Assembly (NCBI RefSeq): GCF_004010195.1
Contig: NC_057727.1
Span: 32,854,507-32,918,506 of the forward strand
Origin: Chiloscyllium plagiosum
Lineage: Eukaryota
Direction of reading: 5' to 3'
Length of the DNA: 64,000 nt
How positions within the stretch are numbered: position 1 is the first letter of the stretch; each line of letters begins with the position of its first letter. The translations under genes were made by a program, and so were the position numbers. Positions 37,946 to 50,538 of this stretch are shown here, in pieces. The notes beneath the pieces are model-generated. The model ran no database searches. It was not told the origin of the DNA and saw only the letters and a list, made by a program, of their open reading frames with translations.

Positions 37946-39378
37946 CTGTAAGAGAGCAGCCTTTATCTGGCGAAGATGAAATTAATGAACAGCAATTGCT
38001 GACAAGGCAAATAGATCATCCCAATAACCCTTGTGGACAAAGACCATTGTGGACAAAGACCATTGAACCGCCGTAACAATTCTTCCCTCCACCTATAATA
38101 TTTAGGTGGAATTTTATAAAGGCAAGAAGTTTAACCAATAGAGTTATATGTCAACATTTCCTAGTTGTCTACTGTAGCTAAAATTTATGTATCTGTAATA
38201 TATGGTAACTCCTGTTGAGTCCAGAAAGCTGGGTCCACGCTCTGTCTTAACCTCGGTCTTAAAAGACAGGAACATTGGGGAATTTTGATTAAACCCTTAA
38301 TCTTTATGATGATTCGATGAATAGTGGAGCACACAACCCAGAGAGATGTGACAATGTGACTTCCAAGAAATGTCTTAAAAAATAGTTCCAATGTTCTTTT
38401 ATTGAATGCTTTCTAAAAAAAAGAATCCAGGTATGTACAACATTTCAAACTTAAGTCCACAATAATTCTTAATATGAAGCCATCATAAAAGGTATATACA
38501 TTGAATTTTAGAAACCCTTTGTGGATAGTATTGGAGAAGACTAAGATGTACAAAATTGAGGAAATCAGTAGCAATTATTTTTAAAATGTAGTTTAAAGGT
38601 TGAAAACAAGGAATGAATTATGGACAGAGTGACTGAAGATGGGTTCTGGTGTTCTGTTCTGGTATAGATTCTATTTGAGACAAAACAGATCATTCAAACT
38701 AAAATCTGAGTTATATTATCCTCCACAGGAGCAATAGTACTGTCATGCAACTTCCACCTTTTCAATTGAAGTTCAGTGCTACCCAAGTCAGCTCCCACTG
38801 GTGGAATCGGTCCAGAATGAAGGGACACAATTATACAATCACATATAGATATTTATTATAGAAAGACCACTTAATGCATCAAGTTTTGAGGGAGGCTGTG
38901 GATTTTGCTAGCACAATTCGTGATTTGATCAGAAGCTGTTGATATTTAAGAACAAGTGAGATAAATTGTAGAAGGAAAGCGTGTAAAAAGATTTAGGAAA
39001 GGAAGGGTGTATTGGAACATGCTCATATAGACGATAAATATAGACTTATTAAAATCTGTTGCAATTTCTATGAAAGTGTATGCAATCACTATTGGTAGAT
39101 TGGTTACCTTTTGAAAAAAGGAGTTGTGAATTTAATATCTATTCTGCCAGACTTCAAATAATATTTACTTTGATGGAGTTGTCAGATAAAATATTTCGCA
39201 AACATTGTTTCGTCTTTCAGTTTCCAACCATATATGTTATACTTATCCTGTTTTCATTGCAACAGCAGATCATTCTTTAGTCTTTGAGTTCTTAAGTTGA
39301 AACAATGAACAAGTTTCATTGAATAGTTATCTCAACATTCATAAATAGGAATTCATTTCTGATATCTTTTTTTCATAG

Positions 39379-39623
39379 GTTGTTAGACATGCTTTCAATG
39401 AAGTAATGAATACAGGTAGACATCTTCTGCAGATCCCAAGCTGGAACCAGTATCCTCCCATAAATGTTACAGATGGTGAAATGCCCTGCATTCTCTTCAT
39501 AGCTAAGAAGGTAACACTCCGAATTGGAGACCAGCCCGAGATAGATTTGACAAACAGAACTTTTGGGAGCACTGCTCCCAAAATTAATACCAGGGATTCA
39601 ACATGTACTGCAGATAAAGCTAT
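39379..39623 (+). CDS. atp6ap1l: ATP6AP1-family gene, exon 7
   Basis: 245 nt; VVRHAFNEVMNTGRHLLQ...YPPINVTDGEMPCILFIAKK...DLTNRTF...DSTCTADKA. Confidence 0.95.
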
Positions 39624-40899
39624 GTAAGTCATAGATACATTGCACTTTTCATTTGGACATTTTACATTAGAATTAGAATATTTTAAAAGAACATTATTGC
39701 AAGTAGGTTAGAAACAAATGAACATAGTGATATTTAACTCATTTATTATTTTGAGGGGAGTAAGAAGTGCTATGAACATTATTTAAGTATGATAGCTGAG
39801 AATCATACAGATGATGGAAATGAAATATTTTAATTTAGTTGACTAAAATGAGTTTAGAGTTTTAACTCATTTCTCAGTCGGCACAAATCCACAACACAAA
39901 GCAAACTATAGTTGAGAGTCAAGTTTTAATTACAGATAGTGAGATCTTAGATGTGATTCAGAGAAAGATAGATGGGAGGAATGGAAAAGTAATTCTAAAA
40001 TAAACCATGTTATTTGTTTCTTTGCTTTTAAGGTTCAATTGTGTTTTGATCTTAAAATGGTATCTGTATTTAAGCAGTCATCAATTCCAATGACATGTAT
40101 ATTCTGTAGTGTATTGATCAATTCTGGTGTAAATAGTCTTCATATTTTAGCAGATAGAATTGCATGTCTTCATGTCATGGACCTAGTCTTTGGTATTTGA
40201 ATTTGTGCTGATGTTTCTGATTTTCTTTTGCAATATATTACATTAAAGTTGAGCAAGATATTATTTTGATTTGAAATGGGAAAAGAATAAATGAATCCTA
40301 GCTAAGTATTGGTTTTGATATTGCAGGAACTTTGGAGCAACATGTAATCTTTTATTTCACATGCTAGTGATTGCTAAAAAGCAGTCAGAAAAACAAGGAA
40401 AATTTCCATGAATTTGACACAAGTAAATAGAAATATGATGAAGCTGGTAGTAGTATATTTTGAGTGATCTATGGAGGAAACTGAATGACTTTACTCAGAA
40501 TTGCTGTCTTGAAAAATTGATGAGAACATTATAAGAGACAGTAAACCAAAACAATGTGATGTTTTGGGAAGATATTAGAAACTGATGCATTCCAAGGAGT
40601 AATATAGAAAATTGAGTGCAAGAGATGTGAAAAACGTTTGGAGGAGACAGAAAAGAGAGACCTAAAATTAGATCATTTGATCTTGATAACAAATGCAAAT
40701 TGTGAAAAATGTTGCATTGTCCATTGGTCTCATTCCTTACTTTGAAATGCATTTAAATGCATCTTAAAAATGATTTACAACCTGAATAATGATTAACACT
40801 ATATTGTCTGAATTTAACCTTTCTATATGTAAATCTTCATTTTGTTATGAAATACAGGACCAATTCTTTCTGCTTACAGTTTTACTTTGTTACATTCAG

Positions 40900-40950
40900 G
40901 CTTTCCTTGAACTATGGTGATGTTGGAAATCTAAAGCAACTTGTCATTAG
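40900..40950 (+). CDS. atp6ap1l: ATP6AP1-family gene, exon 8
   Basis: 51 nt, phase 2-2; (M)LSLNYGDVGNLKQLVI(R). Confidence 0.9.
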
Positions 40951-42855
40951 GTAAGGATTATTACTTAGTTGCTTAGCACTGTACACTGAACATTCCCTCT
41001 GAGTTCAGTCAAGCATATGTGATTTACAATCTGTTACATAGTCTAGTATATTGCTCTCTATCATTTTACTTGTTTCAAATGACAGATTTGGATTATAAAC
41101 TTTTTGACGTATAAAGATACATTACAGGCACAAATATATTGTAGAAGGAGTAAGGGAAAGATGCAATTGTGTGGGACCCAAAGAATAAGCAATCAGTTTA
41201 GATGAACGTACTATAATAATGCTCTTTAAATTACCCTTAATCCTGATTCCATCTCAAGAATATCTTAGTTAAATCTTTGTGGCTAGGATGGTAAATTGAT
41301 TAAGTGGTCAGAACAAGTTAAGCGAGATGAAAAAACTTGAACAGTAAATGGGAAATGTTTTCAATTTCTTTTAACTACAGACCATTGACTTTTGGGAAAA
41401 TAATTTTTGATGTTTCAATGAAGAGAACCAGCACAGACATTTCATGATTCATATCTATGTTTATTAATAATGTTAGTCAACCTTTTAGTTTGAATGCAGG
41501 ACAGTGGACATATTTGATTCTTGGGTCTAGATGTCTTTCTGACAGAATACAAGAAAAATACTTCCAGTGTTTCCTTGGTGGGTTTATGTGTTCATGGATC
41601 ATTATGCACAGTAGTAGACTGTCAGAGTGCAAGAAGCATATTTCAGCTTCAAAATCACTGATACATTAGAATGTCTGAAGCCAAATAGCAAAACACCCTG
41701 TACATTTAATCCCATTAATAACGAGCTAAGACATCATAATATATTCTTAAGCTTTAATTCATCCTTGGTATACTTGTAATAACTACATCATAACCCCTTT
41801 CATTCACAACAATTTCTCCTCTTTCTTCTTTTAAACACAATACTTTGCTGAGCTCCACAAATGTTAATCATCCTGTAATACTTCAGAATAAGTAGTCATC
41901 AGATATAAGTATACCTGATGATAAACGGTGGCAGTAACTCCTGCATAATGAACATTGCTCAGCTCAGTATTATCCTTTGGTGATATAAAGCAGTTAAAAT
42001 TGCTTGAGAGAGATATGGACACTTTTCATTTTCATAAGTCAGGTATGTTGAGCTCAGTTGCAGCATTTCTATGAGCACTCTAGGATCACCAAAGTCAGCA
42101 CAATCCAAGGATCAATCCAAGAGTATTCCTAATCTTTAAGGCTCCCAGTTGTAGCATTTGTTGAACCACTGTTACAGGGGTGGGGGGAATGCCACAACGT
42201 AATTTTAATCTTTCCATATAGATACCCTGTCAAAACATGTACCTGCACAATCTACACTATGGTCACCAAACAAAACAGAGTAAAATAACCTAAGTAAGTT
42301 AATGGTATATCTGGCTATCCCACAGCTATTGTTAGGGACATTTATCTGTCAACATCAACTGAATGCTTTAATCAATTTACTGCCTTGTACAGATATTTAG
42401 TATTGTCATTGCAAAATATTAGTTATCTAATTATGATATGACAACTTGTGCCAAAACAAGACAGGTGTTGTTCACAAATCAACAGAACTTATTTCCCAAT
42501 CACGGAGGGGCTCTTGAACCACAGTGGTAGAGTCTCTAAGTCTGAGACAGGAGAACTGTGTTCAAGTCCCATCTGCTTTAGCAATGTGAAATAACATCTC
42601 TGAACATTTTAATTATAGAGTATATATCTGTTCAACACTTGGGGTCTTGTGGCACAGTGGGTAATGTTCCTATTATCAGAGTTAGGAGACTATGTTTCAG
42701 TTCCTTTTGCTCTAGAGGTGTGTCATAACATCCCTGGGCAGATTGATTAAACATACCTTTTTGGCTAACACTGTGATACACAATGGTAATACAAGTTTTA
42801 ACATTTGAAATATTTTGTGGACAAGGACTTCAGTGCTTCTACTGTCTAATTATAG

Positions 42856-43099
42856 GTTTGAAATGTCATATAATTATCATACAACTTCTGTTCAGAAATG
42901 GTTTAGCCTGGATTTTGTGCAGATCTTCCACAACAATTCATTACAAGCAATATTCAATGCATCTGAAATCTATGCTCCAGTTACAAATTCATACCACTGT
43001 CAATACATCAGTAGTCTGCAGAAACATGAAGCACTACTCGTGTCCAGATTCCAAGAAGACAGAACAAGATTGTGGCATATTACCTTTGTGGAGTTTCAG
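42856..43099 (+). CDS. atp6ap1l: ATP6AP1-family gene, exon 9
   Basis: 244 nt; FEMSYNYHTTSVQKWFSLD...FNASEIYAP..SYHCQYISSLQK...WHITFVEFQ. Confidence 0.96.
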
Positions 43100-43499
43100 G
43101 TATAGTTTATTTCAATAAAGTAAAATATGTTTATAAAGTATTTGTGATAATTCAAATAGGAAATCTGCTAATTTGAGTAATTCAATGGAAATGCATGTTA
43201 TATTTTGATCAGTTGTAGCACTTTTTTCACCATTGGGCAATGTTGGACTTCATATAATGTTGCCACATTGAGAAGGACAGCTGAACAAAATCAGCTTTCC
43301 AACCACTGAATTTGCAACACAACAACATTAAAACCTTACTGGTGGCGGTTAGCGTTTAAAAAAAGTTACAATGGTTTTTGTGGTGGAAAATTGCTCAGTT
43401 GTGTGCAATGGCACTTCCGGATATTTATAGAAAAGTAAAATTAAAACCTTCAAAGTCCCTCAGAATTGATCTCAAAGGTTCCTAACCAGACTTTTTATG

Positions 43500-44060
43500 G
43501 AATCCCTACAGTGTAATAACAGGTTCTTCGGCCCAACAAGTCCACACCAACCCTCCAAACAGTAACGCACCAGACCCATTCTGCTACCTCAGGAAGGACA
43601 TACTGGCACTAGATCATATCCAGCGGAGATTCACACAGATGATCCCTGGCATGGAAGTAAAAAGGTAAAAACAATGACTGCAGAAGCTGGAAACCAGATT
43701 CTGGATCAGTGGTGCTGGAAGAGCACAGCAATTCAGGCAGCATCCGACGAACAGCAAAATCGATGTTTCGGGCAAAAGCCCTTCATGGAAGGCCTAACAT
43801 ACGATGAACAGCTGAGGATCCTGGAATTGTATTCATTAGAGTTTAGAAGGTTGAGGAGAGAACTAATAGAAACTTACAAGATAATACATAACTTAGAAAG
43901 GGTGGATGCTGGGAATTTGTTTCCGTTAGGTGGAGATACTAGGACCTGTGGGCACAGCCTTAGAATTAGAGGGGGTCAATTTAGAATGGAAGTGAGGAGA
44001 TATTTCTTCAGCCAGAGAGAGGAGAGCACCCAGTGGAAACCCATGTAGACACAGGAAGAA
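43500..44060. mobile_element. SINE tail and CR1 3' fragment containing a hammerhead-family A mini-element (~43658-43785)
   Basis: CR1 frame MEGLTYDEQLRILELYSLEFRRLR is interrupted; CATGGAAG is present on both sides of the insert. Confidence 0.75.
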
Positions 44061-44074
44061 CATATAAACTATTT

Positions 44075-46245
44075 TAGAAAAGATTTGTAGCTCAGATTTT
44101 GTATTAGATTGTAAGTTTGCTCATTGAACTGGTAGATTTGTTCTCAGACATTTCATCGCTACACTAGGTAACATTATCAGTGAGCCTCTGATGAAGCACT
44201 GGTGTTCTGTCCCACTTACTATTTATGTGTCTTGGTCTGTTGTGGTGGGTGATATCACTTCCAGTGCTTTTTCTCAGAGGTTGGTAAATGGGGTCCAAAT
44301 CAATATGTTTGTTAATGGAGTCCTGGTTTGAATGCCAGTCTCCTAGGAATTCAAGTGTGTGTTCTTTGTTTAGCCTGTCCCAGGATGGATGTATTGTCCC
44401 AGTTGAACTGGTGTCCCCCTTTGCCTGTGTGTATGAACATTAGTGATAGTTGGTCATGTTGTTTGGTGACTAATTGGTGCTCATGATCCTGGTGGCTAGT
44501 TTTCTACCTGTCTGTCCAATGTAATGTTTGTTGCAGTCCTTGCAGGGTATTTTGTTTATGATGTTCATTCTGCTGGTTGTTGGTACGGGTTCTTTAAAGT
44601 CATCGGGAGCTGTTTCAGTGTGGTGGTAGGCTTGTGGGCTACCATGGTGCCTATGGGCCGAAATTAACAAGACAGACTTCCAAAGAATGAAACCGGAAGG
44701 ATCCAACACACCCTGTTTCTATCGATTACATAAACAAGAGGCCCCCTCAGACACATAATTTCACTTCCCGATACAGCAACATACAGACTAGCAAAGGAAC
44801 TACAACGCAAAATGAAACACCCAGTAGAAGACTCAAGCCACTCCATCCACTCCACCCAGGAATTCCTTAATATCATCAAAGACACCAAGGTGGAGGATGA
44901 TGAGATCATGGTTTCCTTCAACGTGACAGCCCTTTTCACATCAATAAACATCACCCTGGCCAAAGAAACACTGGTCTCACTGCTAGATGAACCAAGGACA
45001 CAAACACCTGACAGCACCAACTCCATCAGCAAGGACAGCATCCTCAAACTAGTAGACCTGTGCCTCACAAACCTTTTCTTGTGAGGCACAGGTCTACAAA
45101 CAATTCAATGGGATGCCTATGGGGTCACCAATATCAGGACTTTTAACAGAAGCAGTTATGCAGAAGTTAGAATGAACAGCCCTTCCCACGATCCAGCCCA
45201 AGGTTTGAGTCTTCTATGTGGATGACACCTTTGTCATCATGAAATGCAACAAATTAGAAGAAACCCATAAACAACATCCTTACCGGTAGGAAGCTCACAA
45301 AAAAGGAAGAGAACAACAACAGACTCCCCTTCCTAGATGTCACAATAGAATGAAAAGCCAATGGAAAGTTGCAGACCGGCATCTACAGGAAAGCCACACA
45401 CACTGACCAGATACTCAACTACAGGAGCAATCATCCCAACACCTACAAATGGAGCTGCATCAGGACATTATTTAAACGAGCCACAACACACTGCAGAACC
45501 CAGGAAGTATGAGAAGCTGAGGAAAAACACTTACACATCATATTCATAAAACAACGGGTACTCGATTAAGTGCAGTCCACCAATTCCTACACAACAGACC
45601 TAAACAAGAAGATGCAACATGCCCAGAAACTCTAGCCACCCTGCCATACGTCAAAGATATCTCTGAGATGATGACCAGGCTACTCCGCCCCCTAGGCATT
45701 GTGGCCCCCTAGCCCACAAACCTACCACCACACTGAAACAGCTCTTGATGAATTTAAAGGAGCCCGTGCCAACAACCAGCAGAACGAACATCATACACAA
45801 AATACCCTGCAAGGACGCCAACAAACATGACATAGGTCAGACGGGCAGGAAACTAGCCACCAGGATACATGAGCACCAACTAGCCACCAAAAGACATGAC
45901 CAACTATCACTAATATCCATACACACAGACGAAGAGGGACACCAGTTTGGCTGGGACAATACATCCATTCTGGGACAGGCTAAACAAAGACATGCACTGG
46001 AAATCCTAGAGCCCCGGCATTCAGACTAGAACTCCATTAACAAACATATCGACTTGAACCCCATTTACCACCCTCTCAGAAAAAGAACTGGAAGTGCTAT
46101 CACCCACCACAACAGACCAAGACACACAAATAGTCAGCGAGACAGAACACCAGTGCTTCATCAGAGGCTCACTGATAATGTTACCTAGAATGGTGACAAA
46201 GTGTCCAAGAACAAATCTACCAGCTCAGCAAGCAAACTTACAACC
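44075..46245 (+). mobile_element. Penelope-like element with a long inverted 5' copy of its 3' end
   Basis: RT motifs SFNVTALFT, GMPMGSPIS and YVDDTF (~45215); GIY-YIG IIHKIPC...IGQTGRKLATRIHEH; ~44100-44650 is the reverse complement of ~45695-46243; family B hammerhead remnants at both ends. Confidence 0.9.
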
Positions 46246-46837
46246 AGAACATGTAAACTCCACACAGACAGTCCCCTGAGGATGGAATCCAGATCCCTGG
46301 CTTGTGGGGCAGCAGTGCTAACCAGTGAGCTACCGTGCCATCACTTATTGGAACCAACTCCCAGGTACTGACTTCATTAATAGCCAACTTCTACATCTGT
46401 TTAAATATAATGCTTTTCCCAGTGATGAAGCATCTGCAGAAACTCTTGTTCTGCAACCAGCTTGCAATTTAAAAAAAAAAGCTCAGGCCTGGCCTCACGA
46501 ATAAACAAAAGCTTATTTGGTCTGTTTTCCTTTTAACACAGCTGTTTCTCAGTTCAAAAGTGACAACTCCAAACCAAAATAGATGAAAGCATAAAAATAA
46601 TGAAAAATCAGCAAGGGCTAGAACAACAGCTAATAGTTCATGGATCTTATGTTTCTGATGCTGACAATATGCACCAATATAGTCAGAAGCATGGCAGCTT
46701 TATATGTTGCTGCTATAAAAGCGTCATTTCTTTCCTCAAATAAAGAAAAAAAAGTCTTTATTAGCAGAAGAAACGTTTGCCAGCCCATATCTCAATGCTT
46801 CCACTGCTAAAGCCCAATTCACTGTCTTCATCAGACA

Positions 46838-47115
46838 GTTAAAAAATCACACAACACCAGGTTATGGTCCAACAGGTTTAACTGGAAGCATTAGCTTTCG
46901 GAGCGCTGCTCCTTCATCAGGTGGTTGTGGAGAACACAATTGTAAGACACAGAATTTATAGCAAAAGTTTGCAGTGTGATGTAACTGAAATTATACATTG
47001 AAAAATATCTTGACTTGTTTGTTAAGTCTCTCATCTGTTAGAATGACTATGATAGTTTCACTTCTTTCATATGTAAATGCCAAAACCTGAGAATGTAAAT
47101 TTTAAAAAAAGTTTT
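46838..47115 (-). mobile_element. Penelope terminal fragment (family C), hammerhead core at 46889-46923
   Basis: Minus strand reads CAC-CTGATGA-A-GGAGC-AGC-GCTCC-GAAA-GC-TA. Confidence 0.8.
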
Positions 47116-47214
47116 GGGTCTAAAAGGTCATCCCTTCATTTTGAGGCTGTACACATGGGTTCTAGTCTCTCCTATTAGTGGTAACATCTTCTATAGGTAC
47201 ACTCTAACCATGAC

Positions 47215-47520
47215 AAGCTGGGACAACACTGCTATTATAGGACAAGCCAAACAGAGAACAGCCAGGGAATTCCTAGAGGCATGGCACTCATCCACAGATT
47301 CAATCAATAAGCACATCGACCTGGACCCAATATATCGACCTCTGCAACTGACAGCTGGAACTGACAACCGGAAGCGGCAGAGACAAACTACTATAAATGC
47401 CGGAGGAAACATCACAGAAGCGCTTCACAGGAGGCTCCCAAACACTGAGGATGTCACCTAGACAGGGGACGAAACGTCTGCAACACAAATTCCCAGCTCG
47501 GCGAACAGAACCACAACACC
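47215..47520 (+). mobile_element. Penelope-like 3' end with intact hammerhead core at 47443-47480
   Basis: WDNTAIIGQAKQRTAREFLEAWHS...DLDPIY; CA-CTGAGGA-T-GTCACC-TAGACA-GGGGAC-GAAA-CGTC-TG. Confidence 0.85.
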
Positions 47521-48296
47521 TGAACTATGTATCACTTGGATAGTGTCTCACTCCTGCTGTGATCTCTCCTTTCTGACTGTGAAAATCTTATTGATTGTGC
47601 ACTTTCAACAGACCAAATCTTAAATACAGTTGAGGTGAGCTGAGATAACTCATCCTAGTTAAGCATCAAGAGTAATTAACATCTATTAAGGCCGTGTTCA
47701 AGCTTCAGTTAATCGACAACTGTACGGCCATCAGCTGAGTCATGTTTCACTAGACGTGATCTCTACTTCCTACAGCAATAGTCCCAAAAGAATTTGGCAG
47801 GGACCGCAAAATCAGGTCCATTGTGGAGTAGTCACTTTGTTCTGATAACTTTATCTAGGCTACAGGGACATTCTTAGTTCCAACAAGTGACTGGTGGTCA
47901 GGATTATATTGGGCTTCAAGTGCTTTTTGCAACGATCAACCTTTACCTTTCCAGCCAGGAAAGGCTTGGAAGTTGATTTTGCTTCTGTAGCACTGGGGAC
48001 TTTTCTTTTCCATAAATTAGAAGTTTTATATAAATTGTAATTTCATATACCGGAGGGCTGGATCTGTTCAGAACTGCAGGAGTTTTCACAAGTGTGAAGT
48101 GAGTTTCTGCCTTATAGTCCATATACAGAAAAAAGTGTGTAGCGACTTGATTATGTTAAATGTATTGAAGGTTGGAATATCTGCACTGTTTGATATCTAA
48201 ACTGTTGCTTATTTAATGAAGTAAACTGTTTGGTTTAGAGCCTTAATCTTCATCCAATAGAGTGAATATTCAACATGTCATCGTAAATGCGCCAAG

Positions 48297-48825
48297 GTCT
48301 TCACAAAGGCACACCGCTGAGGCCAAACGCCAGCTCGCAGATACCTCCTCCTACTGCCCCCTTGACCATGACCCCACCCCCCACCACCAAACCATCATCT
48401 CCCAGACCATCCATAACCTCATCACCTCAGAGGATCTCCCATCCACCGCCTCAAGGGATGAACTCGGATTTCACCAGTTTCCTCATTTCCCCTCCCCCCA
48501 CCTTGTCTCAGTCAAATCCATCGAACTCAGCACTGCCTTCCTAACCTGTAATCTTCTTCCTGACCTCTCCGCCCCCACCCCAGTCTGACCTATCACCCTC
48601 ACCTTGACCTCTTTCCATCTATCGCATTTCCAACGCCCCTCCCCCAAGTCCCTCCTCCCTACCTTTTATCTTAGCCTGCTGGACACACTTTCCTCATTCC
48701 TGAAGAAGGGCTTATGCCCGAAACGTCGATTCTCCTGTTCCCTGGATGCTGCCTGACATGCTGCGCTGTTCCAGCAACACATTTTCAGCTCTGATCTCCG
48801 GCATCTGCAGTCCTCACTTTCTCCA
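48297..48825 (+). mobile_element. Internally deleted Penelope-like element with intact hammerhead core at 48696-48731
   Basis: AEAKRQLADTSSY..LDHDPT; C-rich region; TC-CTGAAGA-A-GGGC-TTAT-GCCC-GAAA-CGTC-GA. Confidence 0.82.
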
Positions 48826-49661
48826 TAAAAATGGATGTTGAGCAAAGGAGATATTAGGTAATGTGTCCAAAATCTGGGTCAACAGGAGAAGAAAATGGAG
48901 AAATTATAGTACTGAGATGTCTTAAGGAACAGCTACTGATAGTGGCAGTTGATCCGCATGGCAGGAGGCATGCATGGGTAGCTGAGGGCAATGCACAAAA
49001 ATATTTGGTCAGCCTTTAAAGATAAGAAAATTATCACAAGAGTCATTATTTAGATGTAGCATAAGAATGATTGCTTTCTGGATTATAGGGCACATAAGAT
49101 TTGCCGATATTAACACCAAACTCATGAAAATATCTAGAATTAAAAGGTCAAAATATTACAATAATTCTTAATATGTTTTAAAACATAGCAAAGTTCTGCT
49201 TTTTTCCCATCCATTTGTATTAGTATTCTACTTGTCAGCAATCCTCACTTTTATAGTAGTTTTGGTGCTGCTATTTTGCTCAACCCAGGGGGATGTTCTT
49301 GAATTATATGGGAAGACACGTGTTCCTAAAGTAGTGAATAACTTGTATAGAAATACAAATAAGGACATTTGTTTCAAATCTTTTTTTTCCCCAACAGTTT
49401 TACCTTAATGCCGAAGGAACATGCATGTGTATAGGTATATCTGAATCACATGTACATAAATGAATTTGGGTCTCCTGTAATGTTATTATAATATTATGCT
49501 CAACACCAAGCTGAGCATATAGTTTTAACTTTATACTTCTATTTTATGCTTACAGCTGTAATTGTCACTAATGATTATTGTAGCTTAAACCTGATCAAAG
49601 TTTTATGGTGAGTGTATTAGCTTAGAAAGATAATATTTTTTCTTCTTTGATATCTCTGCAG

Positions 49662-49832
49662 ATTCAAGGCTTTAATATTAAAGTGGGACACTTTGCTTCA
49701 GCAAGAGACTGTGCCTCATTCTTCACACCAGCTGTCTTGATGGGCCTAGTAATTTCTCTCATACTTGTGCTTGTTCTGGCTTATGCAGGGCATATGTTGA
49801 TCCATTTAAAAAGAATGGAAGAGTACAATTAA
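49662..49832 (+). CDS. atp6ap1l: ATP6AP1-family gene, exon 10 (transmembrane segment and tail)
   Basis: IQGFNIKVGHFASARDCASFFTPAVLMGLVISLILVLVLAYAGHMLIHLKRMEEYN*. The ten exons total 1329 nt = 442 aa plus stop, with all phases compatible. Confidence 0.96.
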   Translation: MQGFNIKVGHFASARDCASFFTPAVLMGLVISLILVLVLAYAGHMLIHLKRMEEYN

Positions 49833-50317
49833 TCCAAAACCATTGTTTACAGCCCTAAGGTGGAAGAAGCTCATGCAGAGTAATCTCTACCAAGACTTCC
49901 ACCAAAAACTGCAAATTTTTTAGCCTGCATTTTCCTCACCTATATTACCTGACAAAGGTACCTTACACCTCATCAAAATATGCCAGGTTTATATCTTAAG
50001 ACTGTTTCTTAAATCCACCTTAAGCAAGAATTTTATTTAATACGGTACATTATATCACTTCCTATTGTTTCTGGCATGTATGATACGATATGTAAAGGAT
50101 GCACATTCAAGTGGGTGCTTGATAGCAGTTAGTAAGCTAATGGTCACGAATGAGCAGGGTAATGTAAACATCAGCATAAAATTTAAATCAATTTTCTTTT
50201 AACACTTTGATTGACCCAAGGCTCATGGCAATCTATGCGTAATGTTACCCAAGCACCACCACAGGCATCAAAAGGTTTCCCAGTTATAAATACCTTATAT
50301 GACAGTGATAGGAGGTA

Positions 50318-50323
50318 AATAAA
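50318..50323 (+). promoter_or_regulatory. Candidate polyadenylation signal of the ATP6AP1-family gene
   Basis: AATAAA ~490 nt after the stop; an alternative lies at 50692-50697. Confidence 0.45.
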
Positions 50324-50538
50324 GCCCTACAGAGACTAAAGCAAAACAGGATGAGGTTTTTTTCACCAATTCACGAGTTAGAAATTAGAGGCAGAAACCC
50401 TGAGTATTTTTTCTTTAACATAGTCCAAGCACAAAGAAACTAGGAAAGCTAACCTGGCACAGACAGGAACAAACCCTGTGATTGATTCTTGTTGCTTTAT
50501 TATATACTGAATGCAGAAGCCAGGCCAATTTCTTTTTA

